A stretch of 64,000 nucleotides of DNA from Lachnospiraceae bacterium (GTDB taxonomy: Bacteria; Bacillota; Clostridia; Lachnospirales; Lachnospiraceae). The stretch spans positions 3,871 to 67,870 of the forward strand of contig JAJQFO010000123.1 in NCBI GenBank assembly GCA_021201095.1, read 5' to 3'. Shown here piece after piece: positions 9,981 to 19,245 of this stretch. Below the pieces are notes generated by a model. That model did no database searches, was not told the DNA's origin, and worked only from the letters and a program-made list of their open reading frames with translations. Both the position numbers and the translations under genes were made by a program. The stretch's first letter is position 1, and every line of letters starts with the position of its first letter.

Positions 9981-10091
9981 TCGCCGGGTTATGCCCCCTC
10001 GCCGGGGTGGCATCCTCGTCCTTCGGACGGGATAAGCCCCAATCTCTGATTGCGGGGCGCGGGCATCCCACGCTTCGCATGGGATATTCCT
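9981..10091 (-). repeat. Family A hairpin element, inverted copy of 8008-8118
   Basis: Reverse complement matches 8008-8118 with 4 mismatches over 111 bp (aligned by eye). Confidence 0.9.
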
Positions 10092-10177
10092 TCGCGAAGT
10101 GAATCAGGATGGAGTGCCTGCTTGAAGAGGCATGAAAGAAAAGTACGAGTTAACAACGTAAAAAGGAGGAACATAGA

Positions 10178-11020
10178 ATGCAGATAGGAATTCGTTTGCA
10201 TGATGTTAAGGAAGCGCCGCTTGCCGAACGGCTGCAGACCGCTCATGAGCAGGGATTTTCCTGCGCACATCTGGCTCTGGGCAAGGTGATCTCGGAAAAT
10301 CCGGTGGATGATGGGGCGCTCACCCCCGGCTATGCGATGTATTTAAAAAAGCTTTTCGCTGAAAATCAGCTGGATATCGCAGTGCTGGGCTGCTACCTGA
10401 ATCTGGCGAATCCGAACCCGGTGAGCCTGAAGACGACGACCCGCCGTTATCTGACCAACATCCGCTTTGCAGCGCAGCTCGGCGCGGGCGTGGTCGGCAC
10501 GGAGACCGGAGCGCCGAATGAGGAGTACCGCTTTGAAGAGGCCTGCCATTCGGAGGAGGCGTTGGAGCTTTTTATTAAAAATGTACGTCCTGTGGTAGAA
10601 TATGCGGAAAAGATGGGCGTCATTCTGGCAATTGAACCGGTATACCGTCACATTGTCTCGACACCGAAGCGGGCGAGAAAGGTGCTGGACGCAATCGATT
10701 CCCCCAACCTTCAGATTATTTTTGATCCGGTCAACCTGCTGGATATCAGCAACTATCAGAACAGCGATGAGATTTTTGCGGAGACAATCGAGCTGCTGGG
10801 TGAGGATGTCGCGGTGATGCACCTGAAGGATTACCGGGTGGAAGGCAATCAGCTGATCTCCACTGCCGCCGGAACCGGGCAGATGGACTATTCCAGGATT
10901 ATCCGTTTTATAAAGGAAAGAAAACCGTACATTCACGCGACGCTGGAGGACACCGTGCCGGCGAATGCCGTGCAGGCCAGAGAGCATATCCAGCAGCTGT
11001 GGGATGCGTGCCAGGTCTGA
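10178..11020 (+). CDS. Sugar phosphate isomerase/epimerase (xylose isomerase-like TIM barrel)
   Basis: GVILAIEP, IIFDPVN, MHLKD, GTGQMDY, TLE metal-binding motifs. Confidence 0.8.
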   Translation: MQIGIRLHDVKEAPLAERLQTAHEQGFSCAHLALGKVISENPVDDGALTPGYAMYLKKLFAENQLDIAVLGCYLNLANPNPVSLKTTTRRYLTNIRFAAQLGAGVVGTETGAPNEEYRFEEACHSEEALELFIKNVRPVVEYAEKMGVILAIEPVYRHIVSTPKRARKVLDAIDSPNLQIIFDPVNLLDISNYQNSDEIFAETIELLGEDVAVMHLKDYRVEGNQLISTAAGTGQMDYSRIIRFIKERKPYIHATLEDTVPANAVQAREHIQQLWDACQV

Positions 11021-11171
11021 AAAATGAGAGATGCTTATAGATGGGAGTTCCGTTTGTGATGCACAGGTAAGTGCTGCAGATGCGTCTCATCACCGAGGGT
11101 GTGAGTAAAAGCGGAGTGTGGGGAGAGTGGATTAACGCAAAAAGACTCGTAGATGGAAGGATGAACCAGCA

Positions 11172-11918
11172 ATGCTTGAAAGAATTTTTGATATCGATAA
11201 CCCTGTATGGAGAACTGTGGACAAGATAGGAAAGATTTTTCTCCTGAATCTGGTCTGGGTGCTCTGCTCTCTGCCGATCTTTACGATGGGCGCAGCGACT
11301 ACGGCTCTGATGTACAGCAGCATGAAGCTGCAGCTAAATGAAGGGTACTGGTATAAGAATTTTTTTCATTCCTTTGCACAGAACTTTAAGCAGGCGACCG
11401 CGATCTTTCTGATTTATCTGCTCGCCGGGATTCTGCTCGTGGCGGATTTTATCCTGGGCGGACAGCAGGGCGGCAGCCTTGGCATGGTACTGCAGTGCGG
11501 GGCAGGCATTATCGCGGTTCCTTATCTGCTCTCACTGCTGTATGTATTCGGCGTACAGGCAAAATTTGTCAACCCGGTCAAGTCGACGATCCGCTACGCA
11601 TTCTTCGTCTCGCTTCACAATCTGAGGGGAACCATCCAGATGGTGCTGCTGATGGCATTGTTCATCTGGGTAAACACACTGACGCAGCTGGCGAATTATC
11701 TGACGATTATTTATGGGTTTGGGCTGATCGGCTATTGCATCGCTGCTTACCAGCGGAAAGCGTTTGAAAAATATATCAAACCGGAAGAGGATGCTGAAGT
11801 ATCCGATGATTTTGAAATGTCGGAGGAAAAACTGGTGACATACGCGCAGGAACGGGAAATCCCGGAGACAAATGCAGGCAGTGACGGGATAGAAAATGAT
11901 CCATCGCTGAAAGGATAG
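11172..11918 (+). CDS. YesL/DUF624 family membrane protein
   Basis: LNLVWVLCSLPIFTMGAATTAL and FFHSFAQNFKQAT signature. Confidence 0.8.
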   Translation: MLERIFDIDNPVWRTVDKIGKIFLLNLVWVLCSLPIFTMGAATTALMYSSMKLQLNEGYWYKNFFHSFAQNFKQATAIFLIYLLAGILLVADFILGGQQGGSLGMVLQCGAGIIAVPYLLSLLYVFGVQAKFVNPVKSTIRYAFFVSLHNLRGTIQMVLLMALFIWVNTLTQLANYLTIIYGFGLIGYCIAAYQRKAFEKYIKPEEDAEVSDDFEMSEEKLVTYAQEREIPETNAGSDGIENDPSLKG

Positions 11919-11959
11919 AAGAGTATTCTATTTGGCAGGGTTCAATCTGGTGAGGTGGA

Positions 11960-12147
11960 AGCACTCCGTGCAGAAAAGGATGGCCAATGGTGCCGGGAGC
12001 ACTCCGTGCAGAAAAGGACGGTCAATGGTGCCGGGAGCGGCCGGGGCTGAAAGGATGGCCAATGGTGCCGGGAGCAGCCTGGGCTGAAAGGATGGCTAAT
12101 GGTGCCGGGAGCAGTCTGGGCAGGAAAGGACAGAGAACGGTACCGGA
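11960..12147. repeat. 37-38 bp tandem repeat x5, progressively degenerate
   Basis: agcactccgtgcagaaaaggatggccaatggtgccggg and variants, head-to-tail with no unique spacers. Confidence 0.85.
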
Positions 12148-12177
12148 AGTGATTTGGACAGAAAAAAGAAGGGAGGA

Positions 12178-13317
12178 ATGAGCGTGGATAAAATTGAAAA
12201 ATACATAGACGGACTGCTTGAGCGGAGCACACCGGACCGGCCTGCGTGGAATATTGAAAAAATTCTGCAGGGGCTGAAATCCAACTGGAATTACATCGAT
12301 GGCTGTATGATCAAGGCAGTTCTTGAAATGTATGCCATTACAAAGGATGAAAAATATTTTGCGTTTGCCGACGCATTTATCGACGCGAAGGTACGCGAGG
12401 ACGGGACGATTGACGGCTATTCCGTAGAGGAGCTGAATATCGACAATGTCAATGCGGGGAAGACCCTGTTTGAGCTTTACGACCTGACCGGCAAGGAGAA
12501 ATACCGCAAGGCGATCGACCTGGTGTACAGCCAGATTGAGCAGATGCCGCGCACGAAGGAAGGCAGCTTCTGGCACAAAAATATTTATCCGAACCAGGTC
12601 TGGCTCGACGGCCTGTATATGTGCCAGCCGTTTTATATGGAGTACGAGACCAGGTTCCACGAAAAACAGAATTATGACGATATCTTCCGGCAGTTTTTCA
12701 CGGTGCAGGAGCATATGCGCGATCCGAAGACCGGCCTCTATTATCATGCCTGGGATTCTTCAAGGCAGATGTTCTGGTGCGACCGTGTGACAGGCTTAAG
12801 TCAGAATTTCTGGCTGCGGGCACTGGGATGGTTCTCGATGGCGCTGCTCGATACGCTGGATAAGGCGGACCCGTCTGTAGGCGAGCCTTATGAGCGGATG
12901 AAGGGGATGTTCCTGGATCTGATGGACGCGCTTCTGAAATATCAGGACGAGAGCGGCATGTGGTATCAGGTGGTCAACTTCGGCGGCATGGAGAAAAACT
13001 ATCTGGAGACGAGCGGCAGCTCCATTCTGGCATATGCGCTGCTAAAGGGCGTGCGGCTCGGATTTCTGCCGGAGTCTTATCAGGAGTACGGTGTGAAAGC
13101 GTTCCATGGCGTCTGTGAAAAGTACCTTTCCGAGGACGAAGAGGGCAATTTGCATCTGGGAGGCATCTGTCTGGTGGCAGGACTTGGCGGAAAGGGCAAC
13201 CGCCCGGGCACCTACGACTATTACATGTCGGAGCCGGTGGTCAAGGATGACGCCAAGGGCGTGGGACCGTTCTTGCTGGCCTACACGGAGATGCGCCGGG
13301 CAGGGATGAGTTTATGA
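12178..13317 (+). CDS. GH105 unsaturated (rhamno)galacturonyl hydrolase, YteR-like
   Basis: WNYIDG, NIDNVNAG, FWHK.IYPNQVWLDGLYM, FWLRALGW, YLETSGS. Confidence 0.88.
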   Translation: MSVDKIEKYIDGLLERSTPDRPAWNIEKILQGLKSNWNYIDGCMIKAVLEMYAITKDEKYFAFADAFIDAKVREDGTIDGYSVEELNIDNVNAGKTLFELYDLTGKEKYRKAIDLVYSQIEQMPRTKEGSFWHKNIYPNQVWLDGLYMCQPFYMEYETRFHEKQNYDDIFRQFFTVQEHMRDPKTGLYYHAWDSSRQMFWCDRVTGLSQNFWLRALGWFSMALLDTLDKADPSVGEPYERMKGMFLDLMDALLKYQDESGMWYQVVNFGGMEKNYLETSGSSILAYALLKGVRLGFLPESYQEYGVKAFHGVCEKYLSEDEEGNLHLGGICLVAGLGGKGNRPGTYDYYMSEPVVKDDAKGVGPFLLAYTEMRRAGMSL

Positions 13318-13363
13318 GTGTAATGGTCTGCTTTGTATAATATTGGAAGGAGGAGAAAAGCGT

Positions 13364-14452
13364 ATGGAACATAAAAATCCGCTGCTTACGGAACGGGATA
13401 CGGCGGAAAAATTCATTACAATCGGTGAGATTATGCTGCGTCTGACGCCGCCGAATTACGAGAAAATCCGCGTGGCGACGTCGTTTGAGGCCAGCTATGG
13501 GGGCAGCGAGGCGAATATCGCTCTTGCACTTGCGAATCTGGGCATTGACAGCACTTTTTTCTCGGTGGTGCCGAACAACAGTCTGGGAAAGAGCGCGATC
13601 CGCATGCTGCGCAGCAACGATGTGCACTGCACGCCGGTGATATTGAGCACGCCGGAGCAGACCCCGACACACCGTCTGGGAAGCTATTATCTGGAGACCG
13701 GATACGGCATCCGCGCGAGTAAGGTGACCTATGACCGGAAGCACAGTGCGATCTCGGAATTTGACTTCAGCGATATTGATCTGGATGAGCTGTTTGAGGG
13801 ATTTACCTGGCTGCACTTAAGCGGAATTACACCGGCTCTGGGCGCCAACTGCCAGGATCTGATCCTGCGCAGTCTGCAGACCGCGAAGGAAAAAGGACTC
13901 ACGGTGAGCTTTGACGGAAACTTCCGCAGCAAGCTCTGGAGCTGGGAGGAGGCGCGGGATTTCTGCACCAGATGTCTTCCTTACGTGGATGTATTGCTCG
14001 GAATCGAGCCTTATCATCTCTGGAAGGATGAGAATGATCACAGCAAGGGCGACATCAAGGATGACATTCCCTTCCGCCCGGCCTATGAGGAGCAGGACGA
14101 GGTGTTTCAGGCATTCGTGGACCGCTACCCGAATCTCAAGTGCATCGCCCGTCATGTCCGCTACGCGCACAGCGGCAGCGAGAACAGCCTGAAGGCCTTT
14201 ATGTGGTATGAGGGTCACACATTCGAGAGCAAAATGTTTACCTTTAATATCCTGGACCGCGTGGGCGGCGGGGACGCGTTTGCCAGCGGCCTGATCTACG
14301 CGATGATGCATCATTACCGGCCGATGGACATGATCAACTTCGCTGTGGCGAGCAGCGCGATCAAGCATACCATCCGCGGCGACGCGAACATCACGGACGA
14401 TGTTTCCACCATCCGCAACTTGATGAATATGAATTATGACATCAAACGATAA
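13364..14452 (+). CDS. kdgK: 2-keto-3-deoxygluconate kinase (PfkB family)
   Basis: GEIMLRL, GGSEAN, HLSGITPAL, D.NFRSKLW, DRVGGGDAF; uxa context. Confidence 0.8.
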   Translation: MEHKNPLLTERDTAEKFITIGEIMLRLTPPNYEKIRVATSFEASYGGSEANIALALANLGIDSTFFSVVPNNSLGKSAIRMLRSNDVHCTPVILSTPEQTPTHRLGSYYLETGYGIRASKVTYDRKHSAISEFDFSDIDLDELFEGFTWLHLSGITPALGANCQDLILRSLQTAKEKGLTVSFDGNFRSKLWSWEEARDFCTRCLPYVDVLLGIEPYHLWKDENDHSKGDIKDDIPFRPAYEEQDEVFQAFVDRYPNLKCIARHVRYAHSGSENSLKAFMWYEGHTFESKMFTFNILDRVGGGDAFASGLIYAMMHHYRPMDMINFAVASSAIKHTIRGDANITDDVSTIRNLMNMNYDIKR

Positions 14453-14559
14453 TGACGGTTCACATTTTCGACGGTTATAGAATAGCATTAAAAAAAGAAT
14501 ATCGATTGCCATAAAATTTCACGCGTAAAAGGTGATTACAGACGTGAGATTGGATCTGC

Positions 14560-14620
14560 AAAAGATATTCAAAAAAAGATATCCAGAAAAGATTTGCAAA
14601 AAAGATTCACAAAAAATTTA
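14560..14620. repeat. Degenerate 13-14 bp A-rich tandem repeat (AAAAGAT…) upstream of uxaB
   Basis: aaaagatattcaa/aaaagatatccag/aaaagatttgcaa/aaaagattcacaa. Confidence 0.55.
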
Positions 14621-14728
14621 TAAAATGAATGATAAAGAGATTAACAATCGGGCTGCTAAGTGGTTTTATAGTTTTATAAGCAAAAATCTGCCTGCTGGCC
14701 TGACAGCAAATGAAGGAGGAAAATTATC

Positions 14729-16252
14729 ATGGACAAGTTAAATTACGCAGTATTGAAGGAAACTGGCTACACCGGTTATATTCTGGAGAAAGCGCCGGAG
14801 AAGGTGATGCAGTTCGGCGAGGGCAATTTCCTGCGCGCGTTTGTGGATTACTGGTTTGATCTGGCAAATGAAAAGGCTGGCTGGAATGGAAAATGCGTTC
14901 TTGTGCAGCCGATCGGCGGCGGACTCGCGAAGCTGATCAATGAACAGGAGGGCCTCTACACGCTGCATCTGCGCGGAAGCCAGAACGGCGAGAAGGTGGA
15001 CGACGCAAGGGTAATTTCCAGCGTCAGCCGCTGCCTGAACCCGTATGAGGACGAGGATTTTGAAGAGGTTATGAAGGTGGCGGAGAGTGATGATCTGGAG
15101 ATTATCGTTTCCAACACGACAGAGGCCGGTATTGTCTATGATCCGGTATGCCAGCTCTCTGACCGTCCGGCGTCGAGCTTTCCGGGAAAGCTGACTCAGG
15201 TACTGCTTCGCCGTTATCAGGCAGGCAAGCCGGGGATCATCATGCTGGCCTGTGAGCTGATTGACAACAACGGAAAAGAATTGCTGAAATGTGTCAACCA
15301 GTACATTGACCAGTGGGGGCTCGAGGACGGCTTCCGGAAATACGTCAATGAAGACTGCACGTTCTGCGGTTCTCTGGTAGATCGGATCGTTCCGGGCCGC
15401 GTGCGCGATCCGAAGGAAGTGGCGGCGCTTGAAGAGTTCCATGGTTATGCAGATCCGCTTCTTGACGTCGGTGAAGTGTTCGGCCTGTGGGTCATCGAGG
15501 GAGATGAGTCTCTGAATGATGTCCTTCCGTTCGCGAAGGCGGGGCTGAAGGAAAAAGTATTTGTCACACCGGACATGAGCCCGTATAAAAAGCGCAAGGT
15601 CCGCATCCTGAACGGCGCGCACACCGGCTTTGTGCTGGGCGCTTATCTGGCAGGCGAAAACATTGTCCGCGACTGTATGCACGACGAGACCATCAAGGGC
15701 TTCATGAATAAGATGCTTTACGACGAGGTGATCCCGACCCTTCCGCTGGATAAGGACGATCTGTTGGCGTTCGCTTCGGCCGTACAGGACCGTTTCAACA
15801 ATCCGTTCGTAGATCACGAGCTGATGAGCATTTCCCTGAATTCGACCTCCAAGTGGAAAGCCCGCAATATGCCTTCCTTCCTGGAATATATTTCGCTGAA
15901 GGGCGAGCTGCCGATCTGCCTGACGACCTCGCTGGCAGCCTACATTGCATTCTACAGCAGCGACATCCAGGAGCTGACGGACAAAGGCCTCATCTGCCGC
16001 CGCCCGGCTGTAGGGAAAGCGGCCGATCTGGACGACCTTACCTATACGGTCAGCGACGACCGCTGGGCGCTGGAATTCTATTATGAGCATAAAAACGACA
16101 GCGAGGAAGCGCTGGTTCACGCAGTCCTGACAAATGAAAAGATGTGGGGGCAGGATCTGAGCGCGATTGCCGGACTGGAAGCAAAGGTTGTGGAAATCTT
16201 AAAGAAAATCCGCACGGAAGGAGCAAAGGCAGCGTACGCAGCATGCCTGTAA
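14729..16252 (+). CDS. uxaB: Tagaturonate reductase (altronate oxidoreductase)
   Basis: QFGEGNFLRAF, SNTTEAGI, LVDRIVPG, KVRILNGAHT, RFNNPF. Confidence 0.92.
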   Translation: MDKLNYAVLKETGYTGYILEKAPEKVMQFGEGNFLRAFVDYWFDLANEKAGWNGKCVLVQPIGGGLAKLINEQEGLYTLHLRGSQNGEKVDDARVISSVSRCLNPYEDEDFEEVMKVAESDDLEIIVSNTTEAGIVYDPVCQLSDRPASSFPGKLTQVLLRRYQAGKPGIIMLACELIDNNGKELLKCVNQYIDQWGLEDGFRKYVNEDCTFCGSLVDRIVPGRVRDPKEVAALEEFHGYADPLLDVGEVFGLWVIEGDESLNDVLPFAKAGLKEKVFVTPDMSPYKKRKVRILNGAHTGFVLGAYLAGENIVRDCMHDETIKGFMNKMLYDEVIPTLPLDKDDLLAFASAVQDRFNNPFVDHELMSISLNSTSKWKARNMPSFLEYISLKGELPICLTTSLAAYIAFYSSDIQELTDKGLICRRPAVGKAADLDDLTYTVSDDRWALEFYYEHKNDSEEALVHAVLTNEKMWGQDLSAIAGLEAKVVEILKKIRTEGAKAAYAACL

Positions 16253-16392
16253 TGGAAAGAATCCGTGGTATGGAGATCACTCCATATGGTTCATTTGAAA
16301 ATGGTTCACCACGAATTCTCACGGTTCGTGGTGAGCTCTGAATGGTGTTTTATACGTTGAAAAAACGGAAGGAACATGACGAGGAATTTACT

Positions 16393-17880
16393 ATGAATTC
16401 GATGAAAACAATACAGATTTCCCCAATTGATAATGTCGCGGTCGCACTTCACCCGGTCGCAAAGGGGGAAACGATTGAGACAGACCTGGGGACAGTTACC
16501 GCTCTGGAAGACATTCCGCAGGGCCATAAAATCGCCATCCGTCCGATCAAAAACGGTGAGAATGTTGTAAAATACGGCTTCCCGATCGGGCATGCGACGG
16601 AAGATGCGGCGCCGGGGACCTGGATGCATACGCACAATGTAAAGACCAATCTTTCAGGCGAGGTAGCGTACACCTATCAGCCGAACCTGCACTATCCGGA
16701 GCCGGTGGCGCCAGAGACGTTTTCCGGCTTTCGCAGAAAGGATGACCGTGCGGCGATCCGCAATGAAATCTGGATTATTCCGACCGTTGGCTGCGTCAAC
16801 GATATCGCGAAAAATCTGGTAAAAGAAAATCAGGATCTGGTGACGGGCACCATCGACGGCCTGTACGCCTTTACCCATCCCTTCGGCTGCAGCCAGACCG
16901 GCGCAGATCACGCGCAGACCAGGAAGCTTCTGGCAGCGCTGGCACGGCATCCGAACGCGGCGGCGGTTCTCGTTTTGAGCCTGGGATGTGAGAACCTGAC
17001 CCATGAACAGTTTCTGGAGGAGCTGGGAGAGTATGATGCAGACCGCGTGAAATTCCTGACCTGTCAGGATGTGGAGGATGAATACGAGGCGGGAAGAAAG
17101 CTTCTTGAGCAGTGCGCGGAGTATGCGGCACAGTTTACAAGAGAGCCGATCCCGGTAAGTGAGCTGGTGGTCGGCATGAAATGCGGCGGCTCGGACGGAC
17201 TTTCCGGCATCACGGCCAACCCAACGGTCGGCCGTTTCAGCGATATGATGACCGCCCGGGGAGGCTCCACCGTGCTGACCGAGGTGCCGGAAATGTTTGG
17301 TGCGGAAGGATTCCTGATGAACCGCTGTGTGGATGAGACGGTGTTTGAAAAGGCTGTGGACATGATCAATGGTTTTAAAAATTATTTCCTCAGCCACAAC
17401 GAGGTGGTCTATGAAAACCCGAGTCCGGGCAATAAAAAGGGCGGCATTACGACCCTGGAGGATAAATCCTGCGGCTGTGTACAAAAGGGCGGCACCGCGC
17501 CCATCATGGACGTGATCGGATACGGCGATCCGGTGGTGACCAAGGGGCTGAATATGCTGTACGGTCCCGGCAACGACCTGGTCTCTGCGACCGCAATGAC
17601 GGCGGCAGGCGCCCACCTGATCCTCTTTACAACCGGACGCGGCACCCCCTTTGGTGCACCGGCGCCGACGGTAAAAATCTCAACCAACAGCCAGCTGGCC
17701 GCAAAAAAGAAAGGCTGGATTGACTTTGACGCGGGCACCGTCGCGGACGGAGAGCCGCTTGACGCCGCGGCAGATAGGCTCTTAAAGCTTGTGATAGAGA
17801 TTGCTGGTGGACGCCAGACTCTGAGCGAGCAGCACGGATGCCGGGAGATTTCCATTTTCAAGGATGGCGTGGTGCTGTAA
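16393..17880 (+). CDS. uxaA: Altronate dehydratase with N-terminal SAF domain
   Basis: DNVAVAL, HTHN, GCSQ, KCGGSDGLSGITANP, ENPSPGNKKGGITTLEDKS. Confidence 0.92.
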   Translation: MNSMKTIQISPIDNVAVALHPVAKGETIETDLGTVTALEDIPQGHKIAIRPIKNGENVVKYGFPIGHATEDAAPGTWMHTHNVKTNLSGEVAYTYQPNLHYPEPVAPETFSGFRRKDDRAAIRNEIWIIPTVGCVNDIAKNLVKENQDLVTGTIDGLYAFTHPFGCSQTGADHAQTRKLLAALARHPNAAAVLVLSLGCENLTHEQFLEELGEYDADRVKFLTCQDVEDEYEAGRKLLEQCAEYAAQFTREPIPVSELVVGMKCGGSDGLSGITANPTVGRFSDMMTARGGSTVLTEVPEMFGAEGFLMNRCVDETVFEKAVDMINGFKNYFLSHNEVVYENPSPGNKKGGITTLEDKSCGCVQKGGTAPIMDVIGYGDPVVTKGLNMLYGPGNDLVSATAMTAAGAHLILFTTGRGTPFGAPAPTVKISTNSQLAAKKKGWIDFDAGTVADGEPLDAAADRLLKLVIEIAGGRQTLSEQHGCREISIFKDGVVL

Positions 17881-17937
17881 AAGGATTTTGAACAGTCTCT
17901 TTTCATTTCACCAGAGGAGAAAAGGGCAGAAAAACGA

Positions 17938-17966
17938 TTGACAATTTCTTTGAAGCATGATAGATT
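17938..17966 (+). promoter_or_regulatory. Sigma-70-type promoter driving the RNA + nuclease cassette
   Basis: TTGACA (17938-43)-17 nt-TAGATT (17961-66), preceded by TG (extended -10). Confidence 0.75.
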
Positions 17967-17972
17967 ACGTGT

Positions 17973-18148
17973 AATGAAAAGCTTCAGTGCTTTTGCGGCG
18001 ATAGAGAGGAGCTACCCGTCCCGACTTTGCGGGCAATACAAATACAAAGGTCGTCTCTGCCTATGGAATTACCATAGGACTGCTCCCAGAATTGCAATTC
18101 AAAAAGAAATGTAATGCCTGAGTCTAACCGCTCAGGCAATTTCTTTTC
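17973..18148 (+). ncRNA. Candidate structured ncRNA (pseudoknotted; putative RNA antitoxin/partner of the downstream nuclease)
   Basis: Lies between promoter and intrinsic terminator. Hairpin 17977-94; crossing helices CCCG/CGGG (18015-18/18030-33) and CGACUUUG/CAAAGGUCG (18022-29/18045-53); hairpin CCUAUGG/CCAUAGG (18060-78). Confidence 0.55.
18102..18148 (+). terminator. Intrinsic terminator upstream of the nuclease ORF
   Basis: aaaagaaat…tgcctgag-tctaaccg-ctcaggca-atttcttttc, ending just before the RBS GGAGGG. Confidence 0.7.
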
Positions 18149-18164
18149 ACGGAGGGACGAAACT

Positions 18165-19010
18165 ATGCAGAGTCTTTTGCAGATTTTTCAGGATACAAAA
18201 GAGGTGCTATGCAAATATGACTATTATATTCATATACAGAAGCGTATCCTCCACCTTACAAATTCAGAGACTAAGATACCACATTTAATGGGATTGCAGT
18301 ATCTGGGGAAAAAGAACCAGTTTTCTGGGGACTATGGTACTTATGCAATTAAAAAACAGCGTATCACAATGGAATCAGTGGAGAAACTGGTGCGGAAATA
18401 TTATAAGACAGAAGAAAAACAGCGCAGAATGCTGGAGATGATTTACAGAAAGCTGGATAATCTTGGAGAATTAGGGGAAATGTTTTCCTCTTATTCAAGG
18501 TTGTACCTGTATGAAAAGGGACAGAACGGGGATTCCGAATTTCAGAGTGATTATCTGCTTGTGCATGAGAATGGGAAGAAAATTCTGCATCTTGGGCTTG
18601 TTAAATCGAAAAAGGGAAAAGACATTTATCACTGCAATTCTTTTATGACAACTTATCAGAATGATCGTGACAGAGACTCTTTTTACCGTAATCTGCCACA
18701 GCGTTACGAAATAATAAAAATTGTAAGGGAAGATAAGGATACAAAACATAAAGAAGTCATATACCAAAGCGTGGAAGCGGAGCAGAGGGAGCAGGTAGGT
18801 ATAGAGAAAATGATGGCAGCCGCGGGCATACTGGCAGATAAAAAACTTATAAAGGCTGTCATGCGCCTGAATAAGAAATTTGGCATATATCTCACAATAG
18901 ATATGTTGAGGGATGAGAAAGGTTTACTTGCAAAATGCACAGATAAAAGGGATAAAGTACTTGTATCAGAGTTCCTTTCATTATGGGAGGAAAAAGACAA
19001 CAGCGTATAA
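18165..19010 (+). CDS. PBECR4-like (BECR-fold) predicted ribonuclease/toxin with C-terminal helical extension
   Basis: YDYYI…PHLMGLQYL…RKLDNL…SDYLL…LHLGLVK…IYHCNSF pattern recalls PBECR4; Lys-rich; AT-richer than neighbours; RBS GGAGGG before ATG 18165. Confidence 0.6.
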   Translation: MQSLLQIFQDTKEVLCKYDYYIHIQKRILHLTNSETKIPHLMGLQYLGKKNQFSGDYGTYAIKKQRITMESVEKLVRKYYKTEEKQRRMLEMIYRKLDNLGELGEMFSSYSRLYLYEKGQNGDSEFQSDYLLVHENGKKILHLGLVKSKKGKDIYHCNSFMTTYQNDRDRDSFYRNLPQRYEIIKIVREDKDTKHKEVIYQSVEAEQREQVGIEKMMAAAGILADKKLIKAVMRLNKKFGIYLTIDMLRDEKGLLAKCTDKRDKVLVSEFLSLWEEKDNSV

Positions 19011-19115
19011 GCGGGAACAGTGGGATGAGGCGAAGCATATCGATTCCGGATACAAAGTTCAATAAGCTCGAAAACGTAAATGCAGAAGACGCGTGGCTAT
19101 TAATTGAAAGACATA

Positions 19116-19146
19116 ATCGGATAGGGGAGCCCTCTCCCCCTATCCG
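19116..19146. repeat. Dispersed hairpin family D (CGGATAGGGG…CCCTATCCG)
   Basis: Second copy at 44363-44393. Confidence 0.65.
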
Positions 19147-19210
19147 CTGCACGAGCCGGATGCGGCTTTAGCCGCAAAATTCCTTACCCGGCTCTGTGCA
19201 TCATTAAAAC

Positions 19211-19245
19211 CGGACAGGGAGAAAAATTCTCCCTGTCCGATTTTT
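19211..19245. terminator. Bidirectional terminator between nuclease cassette and ktrA
   Basis: cggacagggagaa-aaa-ttctccctgtccg flanked by A and T runs. Confidence 0.75.

Noticed and set aside
11960-12147. Possible CRISPR array or type III antitoxin repeat array
   Set aside because: Units are head-to-tail with related rather than unique variable parts; no cas gene in the window; the downstream gene is a GH105 hydrolase, not a toxin.
1236-16120. Long antisense ORFs (e.g. 1236-2393, 4569-5522, 8982-10013, 14738-16120)
   Set aside because: Shadow frames opposite well-supported genes, expected from GC-rich codon bias; no recognisable motifs.
18114-18164. Longer N-terminus of the nuclease ORF as given in the ORF track
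   Set aside because: ATG 18114 lies inside the terminator hairpin and has no RBS; GGAGGG precedes ATG 18165.
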